Below, in pieces: positions 1 through 12,724 of a stretch of DNA of 64,000 nt. Below the pieces are notes generated by a model. The model searched no databases and was not told the origin of the DNA. It saw only the letters and a list, made by a program, of their open reading frames with translations. The DNA comes from Perkinsus olseni. Lineage: Eukaryota. Every line of letters starts with the position of its first letter. The first letter of the stretch is position 1. Both the position numbers and the translations under genes were made by a program. Where the stretch lies: contig JABANN010000095.1 of the NCBI GenBank assembly GCA_013115125.1, forward strand, positions 1 to 64,000, read 5' to 3'.

Positions 1-1166
1 GCGTATCCTACCAGAGGCCCGGTACCACTACACCCACTCGTTATGATGAGACCAGTAGCCCCCGCACCTACAACGGGCAGGAAATGTGCTCAGCTCTCGC
101 GATCTTCATCGGTTTCCGTGACCCAGGCTACTTCCATTCTGTGACAATCCCGAACCTCGAGCCTGGGTCAGTTATCACGATCCACAACGCCGCCAGTGTG
201 TCACGCAGCTTCTCCCCTCACCCAAGAATTCCGGCAAGCGACTCCACCAGACACAGCGTGGCACTTCTCGGTGACCTAGGCGCCAACGGCAACGAGATAA
301 GCGGCGCACATGGCCTCGGTACCATGGAGTTCCCGCCTCCCGATCCCAGCCCTTCCCTTGTTCACCTGCAAGAGAATGAGCGCCTCAGGCTCATCATTCT
401 TTATGGTGATCTCGCTTATGCGAACGGTTATGGGATTATCTGGGACCAGTTCGGTGCGGAAATGGAGGACAGGTTTGCGATGAGAACTCCCTTCGTGACG
501 AGTGTTGGCAACCACGAGTACGTATCCACTTGAAACCCTGAGGGGTGGTATCCTGACTTCGGTAACTACGATCAGCTGGACTCCGGTGGTGAGGGTGGGG
601 TTCCATTCTCTCATCGCTATCCAATTGGTGATGGTTCGAAGGCTAACTATTGGTTCTCATTTGACTTTGGTTTGGTACACTACGTTATGATGTCTACTGA
701 ACACAACTACCTAAATGGCAGTGCTCAGCATAAGTGGATAGAAGATGATCTCGCCAATGTTAACCGTACCAAGACGCCATGGGTCATCGTTACCGGTCAC
801 CGGGCGATGTATCAGACTTGCAAGGGCTTCCAGTTAGACCAAGAAGTGGCGGAGCACTTGATATCGGATGTCGGTCCGCTGCTGACCAAGAATCGCGTTG
901 ACGTGTTTGTTGCTGGCCACTATCATCTCTACGAGCGCACTGCCGCTATCAACGGCATTGTGCATGTCCTGGCTGGCTCCCCTCGCTTCATGGAAAGCCC
1001 TTGCGAGAGAGTGAAGACGCCATGGTACAGGAAGGGTCTGTTCACTCATGGCTATGTCGAGCTTGACGTCGTTAACTCGAGTCTCCTTAATTTCACCTAC
1101 TGGGGCTATAATGCTACCTTGGGTTCTATTACCGTACAAGATGCTTTTTATGTCTCGAAGCCTTAG
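1..1166 (+). pseudogene. Purple acid phosphatase (metallophosphoesterase), 5'-truncated by the window edge, with one in-frame TGA at 531-533
   Basis: One frame carries all metal-ligand motifs: GDLG, GDLAY, GNHE, VTGHR, GHYH. The frame reads GNHEYVST*NPEGWYPDFGNYDQLDSGGEGGVPF, so ORFs 84-533 and 672-1166 are one reading frame broken by a single stop. Confidence 0.85.
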
Positions 1167-1915
1167 TGATGTCAATAATGCTGTTACAGTCTGTATTATC
1201 GAAGGAACTAGTAGTGCAACATGTTGACTAAGTGCGTCCACCATGTCTCGTGACGGCGGCCAAATATTATTATATCGTTATACTAATGCACTGTGTAAGT
1301 GTAATGAAGTACATAAGTGCTCATTATCAGCAGGTTGCATTCTTCCCTGCTAATCACAGGGAGTACAACTCATCGCCGGCCGAAAATTTTACCACTTCGT
1401 GCTGCCATCGGCCTCTCAGAGGGACATCATCCCCCCACGACCTTTTTTGATCTTTAATTTTTGGCGCTAAGGCAAGTCCAATGGGTGCCATGAACTTTGT
1501 TGTGAATCTCTCAGTCGGTAACCTTATCCAACCTTATGATCTTACAGTATCATTTTTTCTGTCATTACAACCGTTCGGTCCTGGTTCCGATTCTCAGCTA
1601 GAGTGCCTCTTGCGTTGCCTCGACAGACCAGGGAACTGATGGCGTATCGGGGGAACAATGGGAGCTAAGGCGACTCGCATAGCCCTCTACTCGGCCCCAC
1701 GCAAAACCTGGCCATCACCGGTGACTCCGATGACCCCGAAAGCTTTTCACTCGGCACCAATGATGATGATACCTACGTCATGAGCCGCCTCCCTGAAGGG
1801 GCCACAAAGCCTTTGTGACAAAGGTAAGCAGCAGAATGCTCCGCTCCTAGTAGACTTTCAACGGCAGCCACAATGCGGCGTTCAAGTTCTTCTCCTCCGA
1901 ACTTCCCCTCGTCTG

Positions 1916-2953
1916 TTGAGCACCCCGGTCGCCGCCGTGCTGTCTATGCTGTTGCCAACGTTCAACTCTTTCCTATCAGCCGAGCCCCTGTGGATGCTGA
2001 CAATTAAATGCCCCCACTGCGCCACCGCCTTCGCGGTTTACGTCCACACCCAGGCCTTGCCGGAGTGCTCTCCGCCGACCTTACCGAGCCCGGTTCCCAC
2101 AGCATCATCGCCCGACACGTCAAGTGGCTCGCCCTCTGAGTTCTCGCCCTCATCTAGATCCCCCTCCCCTGCTGAGTCACCGCCGTCTGTGTCGCCGCCG
2201 CGTCGTGAGAAGGAAGTCCTCGGCTCGTTGCGGCAGCGGTCGGGTCTGCGGCGAAGCGCTCGGATTCGAGAGTCTCAAGTCGCTCAACTGGACGACGATT
2301 TCAGTCGCACTTCGGCGTCTGATGGTGTCCGTAGGAGCCGTCGCCTCAAGAGGCTACGACGTAGCAGGTTGTACGATACAGAAGACTCGGACAGATTCTG
2401 GTCGACTGATTCTGATGAAGTTGATGAAGCTCGCAGCCGCCCTGATGAACGTACAAGGGAAGACAAGCGGCGAACGTCATCGCCAGAGATCCCCCAGGGC
2501 GATATGGAAAGAGACACTGTTGTCGGGAACTCAGATGAAGGTCCGGCTTCCACTGTGCCGGGCAAGGGCGAGGCACACAACAGGGAGGCATCAGCAGACC
2601 TGCCAGAGGTTGGAGGCGTCGACTTGGATATTTCTAATTTGGGCGACGGAGGCGGCTGGGTGGAGCACAGCATTTCCCCGACTATGAGAAAGGCGCTGGG
2701 GGTCGGGCGCGAGACGATCAACGAGAGTGAGAGCCATCACCGCCCGAGGAACAACTTGGGAGCTATCAAGGCGGAGCGATGCGAGGAGCAACTGAGAACT
2801 GCAAGGTCCAATCTCGGATACGTGAAGCTGGAACTCTGTGATGCCACGTTGCCAGCAGGGGTTGGACAAACTCGGCCTCCGACCGCCGTGAAGCAGGAGC
2901 TACACCGACAGCCTGCAGCAGAAATTTCGATTGTCAAACGCGAATGGCGATAG
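1916..2953 (+). CDS. Hypothetical low-complexity S/P/R/D-rich protein with an N-terminal CxxC (KCPHC)
   Basis: 345-codon intronless ORF; no recognisable domain; true start uncertain. Confidence 0.45.
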   Translation: MSTPVAAVLSMLLPTFNSFLSAEPLWMLTIKCPHCATAFAVYVHTQALPECSPPTLPSPVPTASSPDTSSGSPSEFSPSSRSPSPAESPPSVSPPRREKEVLGSLRQRSGLRRSARIRESQVAQLDDDFSRTSASDGVRRSRRLKRLRRSRLYDTEDSDRFWSTDSDEVDEARSRPDERTREDKRRTSSPEIPQGDMERDTVVGNSDEGPASTVPGKGEAHNREASADLPEVGGVDLDISNLGDGGGWVEHSISPTMRKALGVGRETINESESHHRPRNNLGAIKAERCEEQLRTARSNLGYVKLELCDATLPAGVGQTRPPTAVKQELHRQPAAEISIVKREWR

Positions 2954-3170
2954 ACGAGTAGTTGTAGCGACGAATGGAGTTTCCAGATTTTTATTCGCTC
3001 CCTTTGCGTTCCCACTAACTGCTGGACCAGTAGGAACGTGGTGGCTGCCGTTGGTCTTTTGTATCACTTGTGGGCGCTCCGAGGACTGTGTCGAACGGAG
3101 GTGGGGGTATCTTTTGGGTTACGAGAGATCTCCACACTCACAGGCTCTGTGCACTCAGTCTATCATTGTG

Positions 3171-6100
3171 ATGTCTACTACCACTACTACCGTCACCACT
3201 ACTACGACCACTGTAAACCCTTCACACGACCCCAGGGTTTTAGTGCCACCCGGTCAGGAGGTAAGTTGGATTGTCTAGGACTTAGTGCCTCCTGCTAATT
3301 GCCTCTCAGGGCATCTTCTCGTGGACCACCCTGCTAGGTGTCCGTTGCGGGCCGCCGAACTCGGGCCTGAAACATGCCACGGGCCACAGCTACCATGCTG
3401 TGGACAATGGCCATATGGACCACGGCACTTCGACGCCATTATGTGAAGTGCTCACTTGGGACACCGTCCTCAGACATCTACTGGTACACCATCATACACC
3501 ATCCTTGCGCGTTGCTCATCATTACCACAGAAACAGCGGTCATTCATTACCCATCACGACCGTTGCAACCGGTTCTGATGGATTCTGCGTCTCGGTCGCC
3601 TTTACCCTTATTCCCCCTTCTCAGGATTCCCTAGGTCTTTACATCGTCATAGCGCTTGTGCTGGCTGGGTTGAATCTCCTATTGAAGTGGTGGGAGGCCA
3701 GGGCCGCTAGGAAGCGAGCGGGCCAAAAACTGAAGGTCAGCAGGCAAATAGCAATCCTTTCAAAAAACAGAGCCTCGCCGGAGGTGGCGAGCCTTGCATC
3801 ACCTCAGGAACCCCGTATCGCGCTGGACGACGGCGCCCCCTCATCGCGGGCCGCGTGGCATCGTGCTCAGAAGGTGGTCATTCGACAGCTGTTCAACTTC
3901 AACGGTTCGGTCGCCGTCAACTGGTGCATCCTGGGGCTGTCCACGCTGCAGTCCCTCACCTTCGGTTTGAGGTGGACTACCAGAAGAATCGACAACACCA
4001 CCATTTACCTTGAGTTCATCGCCAACTTCCTGGGCCTTGTCGACACCGCCGTGAAGCTCCTTCTCACCTGGCGTCACTGGTCTCAGTACGTCCGAGTCCT
4101 CGTCTGGCGGCTGCCCGTCGAAACGCTGTTGATCCGCTCCCTTGTCCTTCAAGGGAAGAGTTGGTGGTCCTTCTGCTTCGCCGCTAGCGCTAGAATGTCC
4201 CATGCGTGGCGCAACTTCACGCTCGTCTCCGACTACTGGCAACGGAAAGGGCAGAACTCCTTCAAACACGAAGTCCTTAACGTTATGGTTATCGTTTTCT
4301 GTTGGTTGTGGCTCGCCTCTAACACCATCCTCACAGTGGAGATTCTCGGCGACGCTGGCTTCCTCAAGGAGAGCTTCTCCTTGCCACAGCAAACTTCAAG
4401 CAACACTGATAGGAGAGTCTGGTCGCTCTTCCAAGCGATGTACTTCACTATTATCACAATCACAACGGTAGGCCTCGGTGACTTCAAGCCACAGAGCATC
4501 CTCGGTAGGCTGGTCGTTCCCTCCATCATCCTGGGAGGTATCGCAGCCTTCTCATTGACGACCACCAAGTTCCTGCTTCTTGTCCGCAACCAGCGTATTG
4601 GCCTTCGCCACTATCGAAGATACGGTTCCCGGCTGAACGTGCTGGTCACTGGCGACCCGGATCTGGATTCACTGCTCAACTTTATACTCGAATTTTTCCA
4701 TCCGGAAAAATTTGGAGTAAAATATGACATGATCGTTTTGGTGCCACATCGCCCAAGTGAGAGGGAAGCTTTGTCGTGAAGATACGCCTGGGTATCTTGA
4801 GCTCACTTTGGCACCCTGACGGTCAGAAAGATACCCCGATTTTTATACTTGTTGTTGCGATTTTTTATGGAGGAGATAAGCCCCTTTTTGGCGCTCAACT
4901 GGCAAGGTTTGTCGATATCACAGCTCGTGACGGACTTTGTGATTTGCATGCTTCGACCTTGGATACTTTAACAACGGACGATAGGTTCATAGGCGAGCTT
5001 CGGATACCCACGAGACATTCTGACTGGTAGAAATTCTAGTGAGTGGTGGACCTATGTCGCGCAGGATATTTTAGGATTCTACAGCAGAGTCAAAGATGCC
5101 CGATCAACAGAAAGACCGTCGTCTTTTCTTAGTTTCAGCGGACGGCGAGTCCTTCTTCTACAAGCTCCGTGAGCGTCTCACCAAGACGGAGATTGGGAGG
5201 TCCGCCATTGGCCAGCTGTGGTTCCACCATGGCACCATTATGAATGTGAGCGGCATGGGGGAGCTCGATAAACCAGTCCTGAAGGCCGGAATGGACTCTG
5301 GAAGCGCATTTTTCGTGTAAAAATGGATTCCAGAGTCGACTCTGGGTTTAAGGTTTGGTTTATTCAGCGAAGGGATGGTCTCCAATTTTTCGTTCTAATG
5401 CCGCCCGACAGCTGCTGCTGTCGGTTGTCGTTCATGGCGTAAACGCTCGTCGATGCCGAGAGCCTGTTCCTCGTCAGTCCCAAGACGTTCGTCTCATAAT
5501 TGGCCCCGATGCAGGAGGGGGCGGCGGCGTCGCCACGCAGCATCGACCGCAGTGTATATGGGTAACCACACTCGGCCCGCTGTTGTGAGTGTTGCGGTAC
5601 TCGATGATAGCCTCGTCAGAGACCAACTCTGTCTGCGCCCACTACACCGGAGTTGAGCCCTTCTAGCGTTTTTAGAAGCTTCGCCCACGTCTATAGCCCC
5701 CCGAGCCTCCAGTACTCTCCATAAGATAGATACTCCCGGATACGTCCTCGCGTGTCCCTGAAAGGGAAGATGCAGAGAACGCCTTGAGGGTCCTCGCCAC
5801 CAAACGCGCCGTTGAAAACTACACGGGTGTCAGAATAATAGCTTGCGCCCTCGGAAGTGCAGACCTTTTCATAGCGGCTGGTGAGGGGACTCAGGGCCCG
5901 CGAAGTGATTCTGCCATGGGCCGCACGGCGCTTCCGTTGCCTTCAGGACTTCGGCCGTGGGAAGTCCTTTGCCTCCACGAGTGGCGAGCAACTCTCTTGG
6001 GAGCCTCATGCCGCGTGCCTTGCTTTGGGACCTTCGTAAGTTTTCCGGATACCATCCTCGATTGAATGGCTCTCGTTGGGGCTCAGCAGTCAGTAGCTCT

Positions 6101-9100
6101 TCAGCGGTCCATCGAATGCATCAGCAAGAGCACGGGGTCCCCTATTACGGAACAGTTCCGAGGAGGTTCCGTGTATTTCGAAAGTAATTCAGCCAACCAG
6201 TCCGCGCTGAGGTGCTCAGCCGTTGGCACCGCCGTCACTTAGCATCAGTCCATCCATAGAGGGCAAGGCGCTCTCTCAAATCCCAAGCATGGATTTGGTG
6301 GCCTGTCCTTCCTGTTGAGACCATTCCAGAGGATGACCCGGCCATACCACTCCCCTGACAGGTGTCGAACCTAGTGTTCGCGGTAGAGGAGGACCCGGCA
6401 CTGGTCAGCGCCTTCAACTGGGAGGATAAGCTCATATCCATAGACGACCAGGTGGAAGCTGCCCCCGACAGCGTCGTACCTAGCATGCTCAGGAGCCCGA
6501 CGATGGAGACCCTCAGAAGAGCTGGAGGGCTGCATACGAGCACTCATTGGGCCATGAACTGTGAGCTACTGCGATGCTCGCCTTATCACTAGGCAATCCT
6601 AATAACGGCAATCCAAATGTCGCGCGCCACAAAATTCCGTCTCTCCCAAGGCCAGCTTCGACAGCGAAGACATCACCGTATCACCTCCTGTCTGATTGAG
6701 ACAGGTACGGTATTCGCTTGAGCTCTACTTACCGCGGATGGGCCTTCACTGACATCCTACATCAGAGCGCTTCCATCAGCGACTATCGAGTTACTCTCAT
6801 CGGAATAGTCGAGGTAACAACGCTCGTGGCGGTAGTCGTGTTTTACATTGTGTTTTAAGAAAAATTTCCAGCTCTGTTCGTGCAGAAATTGAACGGTTTG
6901 ATGGTGAAACTTTCAACGTTGGACGCAAGCGGAGCGAAGGATAAAACAACTTCCATCGGGCATCCTGGCGATGGCTCTTTTTCACGCCCGCTTTGTTCTT
7001 TCTGATCCTCGCCTTGCACCGCCATATTCACTCCCGTGATCGGCATCTTTGGTAATCTCTGCAGATTACTATGGTAGACGGTCAGAAGGAGCTGTCGGTG
7101 TATATCAATCCAGGCTCGCTCTATCGAGTACCCCACGACAAAGGGGTCGAGGTCGGGGGCCATCTGCCCGCCCGAATCACCCCCAAAGACTTTAGGTGGT
7201 CGGCGTCTTCATAGCGACCACCGCGGACGCCGTAGCGCAGCCAACCGGCCATCCCGACTTGTACGGCCGGACGCCAACCCCGGACGATGATGAATACAGT
7301 GAGAGATCACGAGGCGACCCTCCACTCCATCACAATCAGGCGACTCCTCCGCCACTGACTCCTACAGCGAGTGCTCGATCAGGCTGGACGGGAGTTTGGA
7401 TGACGATCGAAAGGTGCGTCCACCTGCCGCTGGTGCTCTGGCGTACCGTTTTGACAGGTCTTAGAAGACAGACCGCCAGAATGCGATTTCATAGAGCCCG
7501 AGAGGCTCCTCGAAATTTGGAAGGAGGGGGTCATTGAAGGCCGGAGACAGGTTGCTATGCGAGTGAGGCCCTCTGCGCCACCGCTCTGAGCTCAGCCGTA
7601 TGTTGGAAATATCATCCTCAATCTCTTCTGAAGTCAGCATAGCCATATCATTCTTTACACAACACAATTATCCTAGCTACAGAGACAGATGGTCTCAATA
7701 CCAGAGATGCCTCTAAATCACCGCAGTAGCACAAACGCTTAACGTATATCGGCTTCCCATCTTACCTCCGTACGAGATTCGACGATCACAACAGCTTGAA
7801 AGCAGCAGATAAGGGCGCCCTCTGATGACAGCTACAGTGGGCCTCGGCCATCGCCTCTCGTACCAGCTACTGATCACTATTCTCAAGCCGTTGAGGCCGA
7901 GGGAACATCATCCCAGGGCTTTGGTTCGTGCTGCTTGTCCTCGTTGGGCGCCTTTCGAGGTCCTCTCCAGTGGCGCCCTGCCGATAGACGACATCCATCA
8001 GCTCATGATGGACCCCCATGTTACCAAAAAATTAAAGTATCATTCTGTGACTACGGATACTACCAACACGATGGCTGCTGCAGGGCGGCGGTACGAGAGA
8101 GGATGAAGCTGGAAGAAACCAACAGAGAGGCGCACCTCAACCGAGGGGCTGCCAATAAAAGTGAATCGCTGGCCCCCGCGGATCACCGGTAGAAAGACGG
8201 TCTCGGCAGAGTCGACTCGAGCCTCGGTGACCGAGACCACCCTCCCTCCACCACTGAAGGCCCTCACCCATCCAAGTCCCGGGTAGTGCCTAGAAGTAGA
8301 TCACTACTCACCGTCGGTTCGGCTTTAGGTGTAAACAGCAAAGGTTCGTCCTACTGTGCTGTTGTGGAGAGCTGCCTGCTGTGGAGACGCTCCGTCACTT
8401 TGCGAGGACCTGTCGGATGCAGGTCGGCCGTCACAGACCTGTTCACCCGGTTTGACTAACCACAATCATCTGATACCGAATGCGAGGACGGAATCAAATT
8501 CTGACCCTCTCCCCTTTCCTTCCCCCTGTGGTTGAGGGTCATCCCAATGATTTTAGCGGGCTTCATCTAGCCCCAGCTGCTGTCGTCGATCGGGCATTCT
8601 CCATCACCAGGTGCTCATCCTCTCTCCATTGCCGCCCCCAACAGTCCAACTCCTAGGTCGGTTGGGGACAGCCATTGTGTCGTGGAGGGATGCATCGTCA
8701 TCAGGCGTTGGATCGGAAAGGACCGACACCCCCATCAGGGCCGAGAAGAAGGTCCCCTAGGGCGTTACCATTGGGGGCTCCGAAACACCGAACGCGATCA
8801 GGTCGATAAGAAAATTTGGTACCTTCAAGGCGACCCCCTGAAGGCCAGCCACCTTCGTCGGGCAGGATATCTTCGAGCCCGGGCGATCATGGTCAACAGC
8901 AACAAAGATACCATCCCGTCCTCTTCAGAATGTTTTCCAAACCCCAGGTCATCGGCGGTCTACAGTCGGCTGAGGGAGGCAGTGGCACCTCCGCTGACGT
9001 CAGACAGGTAGATCCCTGCAACCTCATGCCATGGGACCCGCATGCCAAGTCAGGTCTTCGCGGTGAGGCTCATCGAGCAGCTCCTTAACGTTGATCTGGC

Positions 9101-12100
9101 CGAGCGGACGGCTGGTGACCCGTTGGCCTTCCTGTCCGCCCGACGACCACCGGTCATTGCTGAGCTCTTCCACGAGAAGAGCCATCGGTGGGGGCTCCGG
9201 TCGAGTGGAGGGAACGAAGCTCGTTATCAGTCTCATTCCGATTCGACCCGACACGGCCACCGCTCCGCCTCCCTTCATCGATGAGATGACCGCCCCGCAC
9301 AATCGCGAAGTCTATCGCTGCGGCCGCTGGGCTGCTGGGAAAGTAACCCCCGGCTGGGGGCCTGCAGGAGGAGAGCCTCTGTAGGTGATGCTACCGAGTC
9401 GAGTGTGGACGGGGGTTCTCGTGGAAGCCTTTCGAAGTGAAAGCTTCATGTCGATCGTGGAGAGCCTCCTCAAGCACACTTCAAAGTAAGCGACCACTGG
9501 GAGCTGTTAGACTAATAATTCTAATTCATTTTGAATCGCGCTGGAGGTCGGTGGGTGTTAGGTAGGGACTAGCTGGAAAAGAATAACCCGGTCGCTTGTG
9601 GGCTCTTGACGCTTGCACCATCACGTTGTGCGGAATGTAGTACTTGAGAGTAGATCGGGCTCATAGTGAACGAGATGGAGCAGATAGGAAAGAGTTGGAA
9701 GAATGGGAGTTGATAATGCTAGTATGAGTACAGCCCGATTGTGTTATGTAGACAGTGCACGCCTGCGTAGTGAGGACCCCCCACCTCCGTTCTCCCCAAT
9801 CTAGCGGATTAGCACTCCCATTGTGTGGTCTCAGGATCGAGGCAGTTGATGTTTCCTGGATAACCAAACCCTACGGCCAGCTGCGGAGGCATTTCCTCAG
9901 TAGATGAAGGACGCGGTCGTCCACCAACCGATCGCTCCGAAATCAGGAACTTCTGGATCTCTGCCCGTTGCGATTATCCGCACCGTCGAGTACGTTCTAA
10001 CGCCGGAGGCTCGAGGAGACGACGATGACGACGGGTAGGCTGCTGCTGGCTCCCAGCTGCCCGACCGAGCTCTTGTCTGGCCCAGTCCCGAGGGAATGGC
10101 TGGAGTGACCATGTCCCACCCGATGCTGCTCACCAACCCACCCCATGAGTTGCCCCTCAGCAAGGGTGAGATCATCTCACAGCTTGACAGGCGGCCACCT
10201 CCTCACAGGAGATTCGGTCATAGTCCTGCAGGAGAATCGCCATCACTTCCCTGCTGCTCGACGAGATGAGTGCGAAACAGTACAGAAGCGGCCAATGAGT
10301 AGTCCTCTTCCCGATGCCCTGCAACCCTACTGGCGGTGACGATCAGAACGATACCAATCCATGCGCAGCGTCAGGCTGTCACGGTGGGTGCCCGGTGCTT
10401 CGAGAAGGGAGACGGAACCTCGCACAGAGGACAAGTGGGTGCTTCAATTGCTCATTATCCTCGGTGTTCCTTCGAAAAAGTTGTTACCTGTGCAGACCGG
10501 CAGACGACTCTCCGGTACCTGCGGGTCGTCTGGGCTTCCGTCGGAGTGCGCTGGCTGCCTTGGTCGTAGCGGCAGCTAAGAAGGGAGGGGACACCGAACA
10601 GGAACTGGTGAGCCGACCCTGATGAAAATCCGATGACGCCCTTGCCTCCTACGGGCTCTAACAATCATCCAAAGACTGTTCGTGGACGATCCGCATTGGA
10701 CAGACCAAAGGCCATGTCATTCCCTTAGTCTCGTCTCTCACCGATCGTTAACCCCTCCGGGTGAGAGCCATAACACCTGAAGACTCGTCAGTAAATCTTT
10801 GAGGGCGCACATACTCGACCATGCACCATGGGCCGTTCTCGTTGTTCCCAACGGAATCTTCTTACTGCGCAACACAGAGATCTTAGCTCCAACCCTGGCG
10901 GTGGTGGTGTTGCACTAACGCGTCCTACAGGAGACGGAGGAGGCGGAGTACCAGAAGGCCAAGGAGGAGCTGGTCGAGAGTGACAAGCAGCATCGCCGAG
11001 CATTCGGCAGCTTTTGGTCTCCAACCGGTCTTGAGGCGGGAAGTCGAAGAACCTCGATAATATCGGGGAGCAGGAGCTCCTCAGCGAACCCTGAGGTCCC
11101 TCACTCCGTACCATCTGCTGCCGAAGGTGGGACTCCACGTTGCCTGGCGATTGGGCTGCTCCTGCTGGCCAGGCCCCCGCCGCGAGTCCGTAGAGAGCCA
11201 CCAGACACAGGAGACAGTATCATCGTTCGGGTCTGTCTCGAGTGAGGGTACGTTGAGTGCGAAGGGTCGCTGAACCAGCCCAATTGAGAGTAACACAGTC
11301 TGTGTTACACAGACCCAGTCAGATCCATTGAGATACGTCAAATCACAAGTACTGATTACAGTAACTTATAGCTTCAAAATATGCGCTAAGATACTCGTGG
11401 GGAAGTTCGAGGCATCGCTGCTTCCGGTCACCTGGCCGAGTGCGAGTGTGATTGTCCGTTTTCCCTGTAGCTACTGCTACAGCCCAGCGGTCGTCATCAA
11501 GCAAGCAAGTGCGTATTGTCCCACACTGGGAGGAGGAGGAGGAGGCTGCGGTGGCCCCCAACCCAAGAAGACGGAGACGGAGCTCTCTGGCGGAAACCAT
11601 CATGCAGACAACGGAGATCTTGAAGGACTACGGCGCTCGTCGCGGGGTAGCCAGGCGCTGTGGTCAGCGTGATGGAGTGCTGTCTCGCCCTGTCAGTCAG
11701 CTGAGCCCGCTCCTCAAGGCCTCCTCAATACACTCGCGAAAAAGAGTTTGATCTCCGCGGGTGAGGAAGGGTCATGCCTCGGAAGCCATCGGCTCATCTG
11801 TTAGACGGAGGAGTCGTCCTGCCGGACATCGCCAGCTTGACCGGACACGGTTCAACACTGACTGGCGGCGGCGGCGAGTCGAGTGAGTTCATATCCTCGA
11901 TCCGTCACCCACTAGTTCAACCTAATGCAGGTTTCCGAGGCGAAGCACCGCCCACTGGTGAGTTGCCACGTTTTAACGATCCGCTCAGTCCGAGCAAGTT
12001 GAAAGGTCCCCATTGGCCGGAGCCCCCATCTACCGCTGACTCGACCGGGCGAAGGCGCATCAGCACGACGGTGGGGCAGGTGAACCCCATGGAGAAGTAC

Positions 12101-12172
12101 GGCTCCTTTCCGAGCTTTGAGACAGCCCAACCTCACCACCAGGTTCACCCGCCCGTCCTGAGCTTAGCATGA
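3171..12172 (+). CDS. BK/Slo-like (Ca2+-activated, RCK-domain) potassium channel, multi-exon
   Basis: TM helices and pore motif YFTIITITTVGLGDFKPQSILGR (~4441-4510). RCK-type exons follow: VLVTGD...NFILEFFHPE, EDAENALRVLA, VLCLHEWRATLLGASCRVPCFGTF|VSNL, KKIWYLQGDPLKASHLRRAG, YRCGRWAAG, PYGQL, LLTGDSVIVL. Many GT-AG introns. The 5' exon (MSTTTTT...) and the 3' end are inferred. Confidence 0.8.
9614..9754 (+). repeat. 141-bp intronic element, copy 1 (K+ channel intron)
   Basis: Matches the reverse complement of 41340-41480 with 7 mismatches and no indels. Confidence 0.9.
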
Positions 12173-12724
12173 TGATGGTGTCATCTGGCTCGTTGCTTTT
12201 TAATGTGATAGTCGTTGCGTACTGGAGTTGACTAGTTGAAGCTGTGCCGGTAGCATAAAATCCGACCGAGTCTTTCCGCGACATCACGAGCGCTATTAAA
12301 GCTCCTCGTAGAGCAGGCAGAGTCACAAGTCACGGGGGATGAGCAAGCTAGGCCTTAACGTGAACAGCACCGTCCGAGCTGCTGGACAGTACGAGTAGTG
12401 CTGAGTGCTGGCCTTTGCTTCAACCAAGCGAAGGCTTGTCTCGTGATAAGCCACCTCATGGGTAGTTTCATTGTGAGCGCAAGTCGATGAGAAGAAAATG
12501 AAAACTCTTCTATTGAAGCTAACGCGAGCCGACGGAATAACGGCTGCACCCTGAGCAGAGATGGTTAGGACGCGACTGAAAGAAATCTGTGAAAGGTGAG
12601 CATACGAGAGGGATGATATACTCAGATTGGAATTGGGAGCGCTCGCTTCGACTGATCACGGAACTCTTTTTCACACGTCTGAGTGCCGTAGAGTATTCGA
12701 ACTGGTACTTTGTGGAAATGTCAA

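Noticed and set aside
1290-1330. SECIS element downstream of the phosphatase TGA
   Set aside because: A small Watson-Crick hairpin without the GA quartet and apical AA spacing of a SECIS.
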